Of a stretch of 59,932 bases of DNA, positions 48,874 to 57,218 are shown piece after piece. The notes under the pieces were generated by a model. That model was not told where the DNA came from, ran no database searches, and saw nothing but the letters and a program-made list of their open reading frames with translations. The stretch is from Alphaproteobacteria bacterium (lineage in GTDB: Bacteria; Pseudomonadota; Alphaproteobacteria; Micropepsales; Micropepsaceae). The position numbers were made by a program, and so were the translations under genes. Where the stretch lies: the NCBI GenBank assembly GCA_040382295.1, contig JBEIFU010000001.1:1-59932 (forward strand), given 5' to 3'. The stretch's first letter is position 1; every line of letters starts with the position of its first letter.

Positions 48874-49365
48874 TCAGGCGTAGGAGAACGGATAGGCCGA
48901 CACATCCTTGCGGGCTTGCAGGCCGCCGAACATATTGGAATCGGCGTCGTACTCGTCATAGGCATGCTCGACGGCGTTTTTCAGAACCTCGACATACGCC
49001 TCCGGAACCCAGACGGGCGTGCCGCGAGGGATCAACATGATCCGGCCATTGACGCCGACAGGGACAGGACGATCGCCGCCGGTCCGGTCAGATGTCTGGA
49101 TGATGATCTTGACCGACTTGGAGCCATCCTCATTGGTGCGAAAGCGATCCGTGTCCGTCGGGCGAACCGCGTCAGGCATCGAGGCCGCATACTCGAACGG
49201 CACGGTGATGAATTTCACGGTATAGCCGACCTGCGCCAGCTTGGCCTGCAGTTGGACAAGCGTCTCGCGGCCGTGCAGGTCAGGGACGCCAAGAACGTCC
49301 GAGAGGAAGCCCCGGATCTCGGCAAGGCTGCAGTCACCGATGTCTTTTTGAATGCGTTCGATCAT
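48874..49365 (-). CDS. Hypothetical virion-module protein (163 aa)
   Basis: Start MIERIQ with ATGA coupling. Confidence 0.5.
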   Translation of the reverse strand: MIERIQKDIGDCSLAEIRGFLSDVLGVPDLHGRETLVQLQAKLAQVGYTVKFITVPFEYAASMPDAVRPTDTDRFRTNEDGSKSVKIIIQTSDRTGGDRPVPVGVNGRIMLIPRGTPVWVPEAYVEVLKNAVEHAYDEYDADSNMFGGLQARKDVSAYPFSYA

Positions 49366-49769
49366 TGTGGTGTCTCCGTGAAGGTGATGTCCGAGTTGCG
49401 CAGGGACGCAATCGCGGCGGGTGGAAGAAGGGCGGCATCGCCGGCAACCCGAAGGCTGGCAAGGAATCTGCCATTCAGGTAAACCGCGACGGGATTGGTC
49501 TGGGATTCGATGACGCGAACCCATGCCCACGGGCCCTCATCAGCCACGGCATCAAGCTCGGGCCCATCAGGGGCGGCCAGCTCGGCGTCAGCCTTGGCGA
49601 CGATCGTGTCCCATGTCAGGTCGCGCTCATCCTTGGTCATCGGCTCAAGGCCATCCTTGGTCAGAACCGCATTGATCGCGTCAAGGCGCGGCTTTCCATC
49701 GGCATTGAACTCATCGGTGGAAAGCAATGCCGCTGCATTGGCGATCTGCCGTTCTCGGTCATCGAGCAT
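49362..49769 (-). CDS. Hypothetical virion-module protein (135 aa)
   Basis: ORF. Confidence 0.5.
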   Translation of the reverse strand: MLDDRERQIANAAALLSTDEFNADGKPRLDAINAVLTKDGLEPMTKDERDLTWDTIVAKADAELAAPDGPELDAVADEGPWAWVRVIESQTNPVAVYLNGRFLASLRVAGDAALLPPAAIASLRNSDITFTETPQ

Positions 49770-49799
49770 GTCGCTCTGTCCTCTGTTGAAGTGGAGTGA

Positions 49800-49819
49800 G
49801 CGGGGCCCAGCGGCCCCGC
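49800..49819 (-). terminator. GC hairpin (attenuator or RNA-stability element)
   Basis: GCGGGGCC-cagc-GGCCCCGC, with no U tract. Confidence 0.4.
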
Positions 49820-49827
49820 CCCTTGGC

Positions 49828-50148
49828 TTATGCGTCGTTGGTCCCGGCTTTCCAGTAAAGGACCTCGGCCACGACGTTCATGTCGGCGTCGGTTCCGAGG
49901 GTGAAACCGACAGCCGTGGTGCCGTCCACGCCGGCATAGAGCGAGATGCCGCCGGAGGTGATGGCAGTCCCGGTCCCGGCGGCAACCCGCTTGAAGCCGT
50001 GTGCTGCGGTCATGCCGGTCTGCCATTTCAGTTCGTCCCGGCTGGTCAGATTGAAGATTTCAACCCAATCCGGCTGGAAACCGATTGCGAAGTTCATCGC
50101 AGCGCCGGTCCCGACGGCGGTTCCGTATGCAAAGTGACCCTTGTGCAT
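49828..50148 (-). CDS. Small beta-rich protein next to the capsid gene (possible decoration protein)
   Basis: Flanked by hairpins on both sides, with RBS aaggagaag. Confidence 0.4.
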   Translation of the reverse strand: MHKGHFAYGTAVGTGAAMNFAIGFQPDWVEIFNLTSRDELKWQTGMTAAHGFKRVAAGTGTAITSGGISLYAGVDGTTAVGFTLGTDADMNVVAEVLYWKAGTNDA

Positions 50149-50176
50149 GGGTCTTCTCCTTTTGAGTGATGAGATT

Positions 50177-50202
50177 GCCCACGGCGGTCAATCGCCGTGG
50201 GC
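50177..50202 (-). terminator. Hairpin after the major capsid gene
   Basis: GCCCACGGCG-attgac-CGCCGTGGGC (10-bp stem), with no clear U tract. Confidence 0.45.
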
Positions 50203-50208
50203 TATGCC

Positions 50209-51207
50209 TTAGAGGGCGGTGCAGGCGACTTCGAGGCGGGCCATCCACGTCTCGTTGAGGCGAACCGCAACGAACCACGATTTCCAGCCGACATAGCCGC
50301 GCTGGCCCAGGGGGTCATCCTTGGTCTTGGAGTTGACCGGGATGATCGTGGGTTCAACCGCGCCTTGCCCTTTGAGGCCGACCGTGCCGTAGGCATCACG
50401 TCCGAAGTACAGAACGGGATACACGTCGGCATTGGTTCCGGTCTGGGAGACCATCGAGCCCTTGGCGCCGCCGCCGTCCTGGAACTCCTCGAGATCCGGG
50501 GAAAGGACGTAGCGGACATCGTCCACCGTGCCCAGCTCCTCGGCGCAGATCGCTTGGCGCGAACCGTATTCCGCGACCGGGAGAAACCCGGGCATGTTGC
50601 GGATGTCGTTTTCAAGGTCGGTGTGCGCCACGGCAACGAAAGCCGCTTCGATCGGGGAGGTGTTGTAGTTTGGGGAAGCCGAGAGGATCGAAGTGATCTT
50701 CATGGCCTTTTGGGCTTTCAGGGCGCGCGTGATCGCCCGCTGCTTGCCCAGCGAGATCGGCGTGTTCACGTCCGTCCGTGCAGAGCCGTTGGAGTAGAAG
50801 ACGTTCGTTCCGGCGCGCACAACCGCATAGGTCAGCTTTTCCATCGTGCGACCGATGTTCTCGCCTGCCTGCATGGTTGCGTCGTTCAGGACGGGGTCCT
50901 CGTGGGTGTCCTCGATGACATCGGTGATCGAGACGACCATGCCGTACTGGCGGAGGGTAGCAGTCACGTCTTCATACGAGAAGGCGGTGGATGACGGCGT
51001 CACGCCTTCAACAAGTGGTGTGGTGACTGCGGAGAACACGATCGGCCGGCGGAACTTGATGACGGTCGATTTGTTTCTCGGCATGCGCTTGGTCATCCCG
51101 AACTTGTCGAGGACCATGACGGGGCCTGCATGCTTGAGCATTTCGCGCTCTGCATACACGTTTGTCCGCTGAGAAATGCCAGCGGCAGTGCTTGTGGTAA
51201 GAGTCAT
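50209..51207 (-). CDS. Major capsid protein (HK97 fold, N4 gp56-like family)
   Basis: 'YAEREMLKHAGPVMVLDKFGMTKRMPRNKSTVIKFRRP'. 332 aa, following the scaffold gene. Confidence 0.75.
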   Translation of the reverse strand: MTLTTSTAAGISQRTNVYAEREMLKHAGPVMVLDKFGMTKRMPRNKSTVIKFRRPIVFSAVTTPLVEGVTPSSTAFSYEDVTATLRQYGMVVSITDVIEDTHEDPVLNDATMQAGENIGRTMEKLTYAVVRAGTNVFYSNGSARTDVNTPISLGKQRAITRALKAQKAMKITSILSASPNYNTSPIEAAFVAVAHTDLENDIRNMPGFLPVAEYGSRQAICAEELGTVDDVRYVLSPDLEEFQDGGGAKGSMVSQTGTNADVYPVLYFGRDAYGTVGLKGQGAVEPTIIPVNSKTKDDPLGQRGYVGWKSWFVAVRLNETWMARLEVACTAL

Positions 51208-51233
51208 TTGGCTCTCCTGATGGAGTGCCGCAG

Positions 51234-52163
51234 TTAGCGCCGGTTACGCTTTTCCTGATCAAGCCGCTCAAAATGGTCCCAATGCGCTTCCGGACTATCA
51301 CCCGGCCCGGGGGCGGGGGTTGTGACCGTTGCTGCCGTGGACCTCTGCGATTGAGCCCCTGCCAGTTGCTTTTCCCTGCGCGCCTGCAGCGTTGATGTGC
51401 TGTTCGGGGCGGGGGCATTGCCGGTGGCCGCAAGCTGGAGGGATTCCTTGAAGGACGCGACCACAAGGGCCGCCGATTGACCGTCCACGATATCAACCTC
51501 GTTGCGCTTGAAGGCATCTCGGATCTGGCGGGGCTGATCTTGGATCCACTCTCTGAACACGGCGGCATTTTGTCGGATTACATCCAAACCGTCCGGGTGT
51601 TCTTTCTCGAAGATCTCATTCTGTTGGTCGATCAGCTCTTTCAGTTGTCCCTTGGTGTCTTCAATGTCCGCGTCCGCATTGGCGACGATCTGGTTCAGGA
51701 CTTTGTCGTTGGCCTCGGCCATCTCAACGAGAGGGCTGAAATCCGAATACTCATCCTTGACCTTTGCGAGCCCCTGCTTGGTCTCCGGGGTTGTGGCGGT
51801 GGTCTGAATTTCCCTCTTGGTGTTCTCGAGCCTGTCCAGTTTGGCCTGCAAGGAAGCCGCTTTCTTGGTCAGGGCCGATATCCGTCCTTTGTCGCTTTCG
51901 ATCGAGTGGCGCAGACGCTCGTTCTGGGCCGCAAGATCTTCCGTCGGTTTGCCATTGGTGGTTTCCGACCTCTGGTCATCCTGTCCCTGTTGAGCGTCAG
52001 GAGCGCCTTGGGCTGAGACGAGGGGTTCATCGTCGGGTGATGCCTCACCGTTGGAGTCTTCCGCCTCAAGTTCATTCCAGAGCTGCTGCGCTTCGTCAAT
52101 TTCTTTGGAGGCGTTGTCCGCGTCCGTTGAAACCTGGGCAGTCTTTTCCGTCATCCGATCCAC
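51234..52163 (-). CDS. Scaffolding protein
   Basis: Acidic and helical, 309 aa, between the portal and capsid genes. Confidence 0.55.
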   Translation of the reverse strand: MDRMTEKTAQVSTDADNASKEIDEAQQLWNELEAEDSNGEASPDDEPLVSAQGAPDAQQGQDDQRSETTNGKPTEDLAAQNERLRHSIESDKGRISALTKKAASLQAKLDRLENTKREIQTTATTPETKQGLAKVKDEYSDFSPLVEMAEANDKVLNQIVANADADIEDTKGQLKELIDQQNEIFEKEHPDGLDVIRQNAAVFREWIQDQPRQIRDAFKRNEVDIVDGQSAALVVASFKESLQLAATGNAPAPNSTSTLQARREKQLAGAQSQRSTAATVTTPAPGPGDSPEAHWDHFERLDQEKRNRR

Positions 52164-52246
52164 CTATCATATCCGCAACGGCCCTCGGGCGGCGGCGGGG
52201 TTTCCCGGTTTCCCGGGGTTCGGCGCGTCCCTTCTGGGAGGCACCA

Positions 52247-52462
52247 TCAGGCGATCGGTATTCCGGCGCCTGGAATCTGCTGCAGCGTAGCCTTTTCTTG
52301 AATTTCAGCCTCAAGAAGGCGAATTTCCCTGATCTGGCCTCGTAGCGTTGATGTCTGAGCTACATCGTGATCGGTCTCCAAAGCAAGATGTAGTGTGGTG
52401 ATCCTGTCCGCCACATAGCGCAAAAGAAGCATCTTAGCTACAGAATCCAGCTTCAAACTCAC
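52247..52462 (-). CDS. Hypothetical protein (71 aa)
   Basis: ATGA coupling to the portal stop. Confidence 0.45.
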   Translation of the reverse strand: MSLKLDSVAKMLLLRYVADRITTLHLALETDHDVAQTSTLRGQIREIRLLEAEIQEKATLQQIPGAGIPIA

Positions 52463-54732
52463 ACCGACCCCCCAGAGCTTGTGCCTGTCTCGCGCTGCAA
52501 GGCAATCTCGGCAGCCAGCATCAGTTTTTCATGTCGCTGCTTTGCGTCGAATTGACGCTTCTTCTCGGCCAACTCGTCCTCGCTCATGTTCAGCATTTCA
52601 GCGAGCCTGTTCATGCCGGCATCAAAGCCCATCTGGGCGATCCGCTCGCGCGTGGACCATTCCAGCTCGACCCGTGCAGTCTGCGCCTCGACCTCCTCGC
52701 GCTTGACCTTGACCTCCTCTACCTTGGCCTCTGCAGCGGCTTGCGCGGCGGCGGCGGCGGGATCCACCTTTGCCTCGGCCTCGGCCATGTCCTTGCGGTA
52801 TTCCCGCTCGGATTTCAGGATCTCGTCGACCGGGATCATGTTGGCCCTGAAAATGGCGCGCAACAGGCCGTCTGACTTGATCATCGGCCCGTAGACAGGG
52901 TGATCGCCGAAGATCTGGGCGATCATCAGAAGGTTGTTGGCCAGCATCTCGCGAACCAGAAGGACGCCCGACCCCCGGGCCGCCACCTCGTAATCGCCCT
53001 TGATGTTGTCCTTTTTGGAAAACTGCATGTTCCAGTGATAGAAGCGGGTGATCATGGGGATGATGATGTTGTCGTCGTAGAGCCGCACCATGCGCCGGAA
53101 GATCACGTTTGCGCTGTTCATCAGGAGCGCCATGCCCTGCGCGGTCTTGGTCACGCCGGTCCCTTGCTCGCCCTGTGCGATGGCGGGCATGCCGGATATC
53201 TCGTCGTGCAGATCCCGAGCCAGACCGATGATGTTGGCAAGCTCGTTCTGGTTGGAGTCGATGTTGAAGGACTCGAACGCCGGAACCCCGGACACGCTCT
53301 TGGTCTGATCCCTTACCCAGATCTTGCGCGGAGTCAGTGTCCAGTCGCCGTCCTGCGGATGCACCAGCCCTTGCGTCACCACGATCTGCGGGCCGGTCGA
53401 CAAGGCTGAGTTGTCCATCATCATCCGGAAGGCGGCATTGAAAACGATCTGCGGATTCCGGACAATCCACGGGATGCCATAGCCGAAGGGTGACGCCTCA
53501 TCTGGGCGCACCGTGAAGACGGAGTAGATGCAGTCGTTGGAGTCCAGCGGGTGCAGGGCGAACGACAGGACCTTGCCTTGGCAGAACCACACCTTGACGT
53601 AATAGCTGGTCAGGATGTCGACCTCGCCGCTGCTCTCCGGCATGAATGCAGCCGCCAGGAGCTTCATGTCCTCGGTCTCGACCGGCCCGGTGTATTCCCA
53701 GACGTGATAGAGATTGCGGTTCAGCCCGGAATCGTTGGAGTTGGTGATGGTGTTGATTTGGGACTTGTAGGCAGGCATCCCCTCGCTGGGTTTCTGGCTC
53801 AGGATCTCACGGACAACATCCTTGTCGATATCGTCGCGTTCCTTGGTCAGGCGGCGCAGTTGGTCAGGTGTGAGCAAGTGGCGCTCTAAATCGCCACGGC
53901 CATTTGCAACATCCTGAGAATCTGGATCCGGATAATATGACCACGGGTCGACCCAATGCATGCCGGGGTCAAGGTTCTGAACAAACTGCAGTTCATAGGA
54001 TGTCGCGCCCGTCACTGGATCTTTGGTCGACACCCACTTGCGCCGTCCCCGGCCGCCGGCCACCGGCCCTTTGACCACCCCGAAACCGATCTTGCAGCCG
54101 TCCGAGATCGCCATGCGCGCCTGCGCCGGTGCGCCGCATTGTTGGAGCTGGTCCGCGATCTCCTTCTCCATCAGCTCGGCGCGGCGGGATGCCTCGTCGA
54201 GGATGGCCTGCAGTTCATCATGCGCGGCCCGTGCGGTCTTCTCTTGTTCCTCAACGACGCGCTTTTGTGTCTCGAGTCCCTGCACCTCCTCGGCCGGTGC
54301 ACCGCTCTGGGACGCCGCCATTGATTGCTCATGGAGCTGATCGGCTTCCTTGGTCAGGCGATCAAGGTTCGCCATGGCCTCCTCGGCCTGCTTGGTCAGC
54401 TCAGGGACCGGCGTGGGGCCGATCGACCAGTTCTTGTCGTCGGTCGGAAACAGGAGGTCGAACAGCCGCGCGATCAGGGTGTCGGTCTTGGGCGCCGTCA
54501 TGTTCATGAAGATCTGGGAGCTTTTCGATTCCTCGAGCCGCTTGGTGATCGCGTCGTTGTAGATGCCGTGGTATTGCTGCAGATCCTCGATCCAGCGGTT
54601 TTCCACAATAATGCGGCGGTCAACCCGGCGCTTTGCCTCGGCAGCAAGGGTGTCGACGAAAGCCTCGAGCCTCTTGTTCAGGGCCTCTGGCTTCTCCTCT
54701 TTGTAACCGCTGGCTTTCATATCGCCATCCAT
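52459..54732 (-). CDS. Portal protein (757 aa)
   Basis: Assigned from size and position directly after terL. The start shares a nucleotide with the terL-C stop. Confidence 0.65.
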   Translation of the reverse strand: MDGDMKASGYKEEKPEALNKRLEAFVDTLAAEAKRRVDRRIIVENRWIEDLQQYHGIYNDAITKRLEESKSSQIFMNMTAPKTDTLIARLFDLLFPTDDKNWSIGPTPVPELTKQAEEAMANLDRLTKEADQLHEQSMAASQSGAPAEEVQGLETQKRVVEEQEKTARAAHDELQAILDEASRRAELMEKEIADQLQQCGAPAQARMAISDGCKIGFGVVKGPVAGGRGRRKWVSTKDPVTGATSYELQFVQNLDPGMHWVDPWSYYPDPDSQDVANGRGDLERHLLTPDQLRRLTKERDDIDKDVVREILSQKPSEGMPAYKSQINTITNSNDSGLNRNLYHVWEYTGPVETEDMKLLAAAFMPESSGEVDILTSYYVKVWFCQGKVLSFALHPLDSNDCIYSVFTVRPDEASPFGYGIPWIVRNPQIVFNAAFRMMMDNSALSTGPQIVVTQGLVHPQDGDWTLTPRKIWVRDQTKSVSGVPAFESFNIDSNQNELANIIGLARDLHDEISGMPAIAQGEQGTGVTKTAQGMALLMNSANVIFRRMVRLYDDNIIIPMITRFYHWNMQFSKKDNIKGDYEVAARGSGVLLVREMLANNLLMIAQIFGDHPVYGPMIKSDGLLRAIFRANMIPVDEILKSEREYRKDMAEAEAKVDPAAAAAQAAAEAKVEEVKVKREEVEAQTARVELEWSTRERIAQMGFDAGMNRLAEMLNMSEDELAEKKRQFDAKQRHEKLMLAAEIALQRETGTSSGGSV

Positions 54733-55475
54733 CAGTATCCAGCCTTTCTGTCAGCGATCGTGACAACATTTGTCATATCGGTCTTCGCCATCCGGACAGA
54801 CCCGACCAAGTGGAATGTCATGTACCCATATCGCAGGGCGTCGATCGCGTGGTCGTTCTTCTTGACCACCTTCCCGTTCTCGTCCCTGCGGTAAAACCGG
54901 TACTCGTTCAAAAGACCTGCAAGAGTCGAAAAAACCTTGAGCCGGCCAATGGAAAAGGCCGTCCACAACTCAAAGAGCCCGGCGTCCACCGCGTTGATTG
55001 CCGGCGTCACCACCAGACCCAAGTTGCGATATGTCTCGATCAGTTGCTTGCCCTCGTCCTGACTGCGCCCGCGCGCGGCCGGGTCGATGGCGCCCCTAAC
55101 CCAATCTCCACGGGCCTTGATGGCAGAGACGTGGACGATGGGAAGTGCCTGCCCCTGATAATGCTCGGCATAGGCGTACATCGTATTGTCGTCGGGGTTC
55201 CGCGCAAGCCAGATCGCCGCAGTCCTGTTCCAACCCACGTCCATCCCATAGGCCCGGGGCCAGTAATTCGGGATCGTGAAGGGCTGGACGACGATCTCGC
55301 TTTCGGGGATCGGGAAGATCGCTCCGGATCCGAGTGATGGAATGCCCTTCGATCGCGCATCGCGCAGATATGGTGGCGTGGAATCCAGCATCTCGCGCTT
55401 GGTCTTCTCGTCCAGGTGGGGAACATCGTCCCAACCGGCGTTGACCATGTACTTGGATTCCGAAACGTGACCCAT
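54732..55475 (-). CDS. terL: Terminase large subunit, C-terminal nuclease half (separate ORF)
   Basis: 'NAGWDDVPHLDE','YGMDVGWNRTAAIW','KKNDHAIDALRYG'. An in-frame TGA at 55509..55511 lies 11 codons upstream of the ATG. Confidence 0.8.
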   Translation of the reverse strand: MGHVSESKYMVNAGWDDVPHLDEKTKREMLDSTPPYLRDARSKGIPSLGSGAIFPIPESEIVVQPFTIPNYWPRAYGMDVGWNRTAAIWLARNPDDNTMYAYAEHYQGQALPIVHVSAIKARGDWVRGAIDPAARGRSQDEGKQLIETYRNLGLVVTPAINAVDAGLFELWTAFSIGRLKVFSTLAGLLNEYRFYRRDENGKVVKKNDHAIDALRYGYMTFHLVGSVRMAKTDMTNVVTIADRKAGY

Positions 55476-55531
55476 GAGATTCCCATCGAATTGTGGTGCG
55501 CCCCACCATCACGGCAGGGCGCATCGAGAGA

Positions 55532-55990
55532 TCAGAGCGGATCAAGGGCAAGCACGAGCCAGCCGGTGAGGTTCAGCGTAGTCGGGGTCATGCCGGTGGT
55601 GTTGACGTTCATGCCGATGGTGTCGCCAGCCTTGAAGGCAACGCCCTGCTCAAACTCCACAAAGGACGTGTCCGATTGCGGAAGCGCGGTGCTGAGTGTC
55701 ACGGCGCTGTCGTTGAAGGTAACGGCGGCCCCGTTGATCGAGGCGCGGCCGACGATCGTGCCGGCGGTCACATCAGCGTCGGTGGTGATCATCATCCCGA
55801 CAATCCGGCCACCTTGGGCCATCTTGGTCTCTCGGGTGGAGAGGGAAAGAGCCGTCGCAGTGTTGAAGTATGCCAGCGAAAGAAATGTCGAGGCGGTGCC
55901 GGCCACGTCGTTTGTGACGAAGGGGCCCAGCGTTACGTTCATCTTCACGGCATCGAGACGGTTCAGTCTCCTGTTTGGCGTAGCGGTCAT
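55532..55990 (-). CDS. 152-aa beta-rich ORF inserted between the two terL halves
   Basis: CAGGAGAC RBS 7 nt upstream of the ATG. 'MTATPNRRLNRLDAVKMNVTLGPFVTNDVAG...'. No endonuclease or intein motifs. Confidence 0.55.
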   Translation of the reverse strand: MTATPNRRLNRLDAVKMNVTLGPFVTNDVAGTASTFLSLAYFNTATALSLSTRETKMAQGGRIVGMMITTDADVTAGTIVGRASINGAAVTFNDSAVTLSTALPQSDTSFVEFEQGVAFKAGDTIGMNVNTTGMTPTTLNLTGWLVLALDPL

Positions 55991-56027
55991 GTCGAAGTCT
56001 CCTGATCTATTTCATAAAGGATCGGCG

Positions 56028-56816
56028 CTACTCCGGCGCCACCGGACGCATGTCTTCTGGAAGGAACGATATCACAACATCACTCATTCCCTCTAGTGGG
56101 GTAAATGTGAGCATGACAATACCATTAGTGGTGGCCGTCCGGATCAGTGCCTCGCCATAGACATCTTGCGGCGGCTCCTCATCGAACCACACGCAATGCT
56201 GGCTCGTACCCTCGAAAGATCCACGTCCCTGCTGATAGGATTTAAGGCCCAGAAGCGAGAATCCGCCCGTGACATGCAGGATCCGCACGGTGTCAGCCAG
56301 ATCGGGAACACCGGCCTTCCACGTCACGTTGCCCGGAAGGTGGCCCGGGATGACGCCGGTTCCGTCGAACCGTTTGCGGCCAGCGACGGTGATCGGGTCG
56401 CCAAGAAGGGTCTTTTGGACGATGTCGCGGGTGGTTTCGTTTGTCTTGCCGGCCGCCCAGGCACGGATCGGGGTCTTGAAGCGCCGCCCCTCCCACCACT
56501 CGGGATATAGCCCGGTCAGGTGGCATGCGGTCTCATAGCCGCCCGCGCCGAACGTCTTGCCAACCCGGTTGCCTGCCATGAAACACCGCTCTCGGTACTC
56601 CGCTCCCATCTTGAAAAACTCAAGGTGCTTTTCGTACTTCTCTCGGGCGAAGATGGTTGTCCCATCCGGCTGCGGCTGGTCCTGATCGGGGAAAAGTTCA
56701 AAAAACTTGCGCTGCGACTTCCGCCGCGCCATCTCGCTCAGGAGGGCGACGAGGTTCCCAAGGCCGGTCAGTTCTGCGGTCAATTCTGCCTCTTTTCGGT
56801 CAGTGATCGCGCGCAT
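56028..56816 (-). CDS. terL: Terminase large subunit, N-terminal ATPase half (separate ORF)
   Basis: Walker A 'MAGNRVGKTF', 'YPEWWEGRRF', Walker B 'CVWFDEEP'. Ends '...TFTPLEGMSDVVISFLPEDMRPVAPE' followed by TAG. Confidence 0.8.
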   Translation of the reverse strand: MRAITDRKEAELTAELTGLGNLVALLSEMARRKSQRKFFELFPDQDQPQPDGTTIFAREKYEKHLEFFKMGAEYRERCFMAGNRVGKTFGAGGYETACHLTGLYPEWWEGRRFKTPIRAWAAGKTNETTRDIVQKTLLGDPITVAGRKRFDGTGVIPGHLPGNVTWKAGVPDLADTVRILHVTGGFSLLGLKSYQQGRGSFEGTSQHCVWFDEEPPQDVYGEALIRTATTNGIVMLTFTPLEGMSDVVISFLPEDMRPVAPE

Positions 56817-56939
56817 GATAGGGGCGAAAGGCGGTTCTCGCCATAAATGATTGTCTCGTTGTAGCGCGACCGTGTCGATCGTGCTAGGTTGCCCTAAAAT
56901 TCAGGCGTCCAGGCGCATACCCACAGCAGAGAGGCCCCC

Positions 56940-57218
56940 ATGGCACAGAACACCAAGATCCTCGTCCCAGCCAACACCGCGACACTCCTGACGGACTCCG
57001 CAGTCACCGCACTGACGTTCACGGTCGAGGGTCAATTCCCTGTCCAACTTCAGGGCAGGTCTGGGACCGGAGCTATCACGACTTGGGGCCCGACATATGA
57101 CTCTGGGCAAGGCGAACTGAACATTGCCGTGGCAGACCTATTTCCTGGCGTTTCAGGAGCCGACCGGGTGTATGCCTTGGCCTTTTCTCCCACCGTCGTC
57201 TGGGTCAGCCATGCGTGA
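56940..57218 (+). CDS. Small beta-rich hypothetical protein (92 aa)
   Basis: First gene of the divergent (+) cassette. Confidence 0.45.
   Translation: MAQNTKILVPANTATLLTDSAVTALTFTVEGQFPVQLQGRSGTGAITTWGPTYDSGQGELNIAVADLFPGVSGADRVYALAFSPTVVWVSHA

Noticed and set aside
52622-53470. A 282-aa same-strand ORF lies inside the portal gene in another frame.
   Set aside because: Its composition is extreme Arg/Gly/Asp/His. Unlike the ORF at 29504..29914, it is not protein-like, and the portal frame keeps normal codon usage here.
55476-56027. I considered a group I/II intron or an intein as the explanation for the interrupted terL.
   Set aside because: Only 37 and 56 nt are non-coding, which is far too little for a self-splicing intron core. 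Both halves are bounded by stop and start codons. No intein blocks are present (no Cys/Ser at the junction, no HN...C/S/T), and no homing-endonuclease motifs occur in the inserted ORF. Splicing cannot be fully excluded without RNA data.
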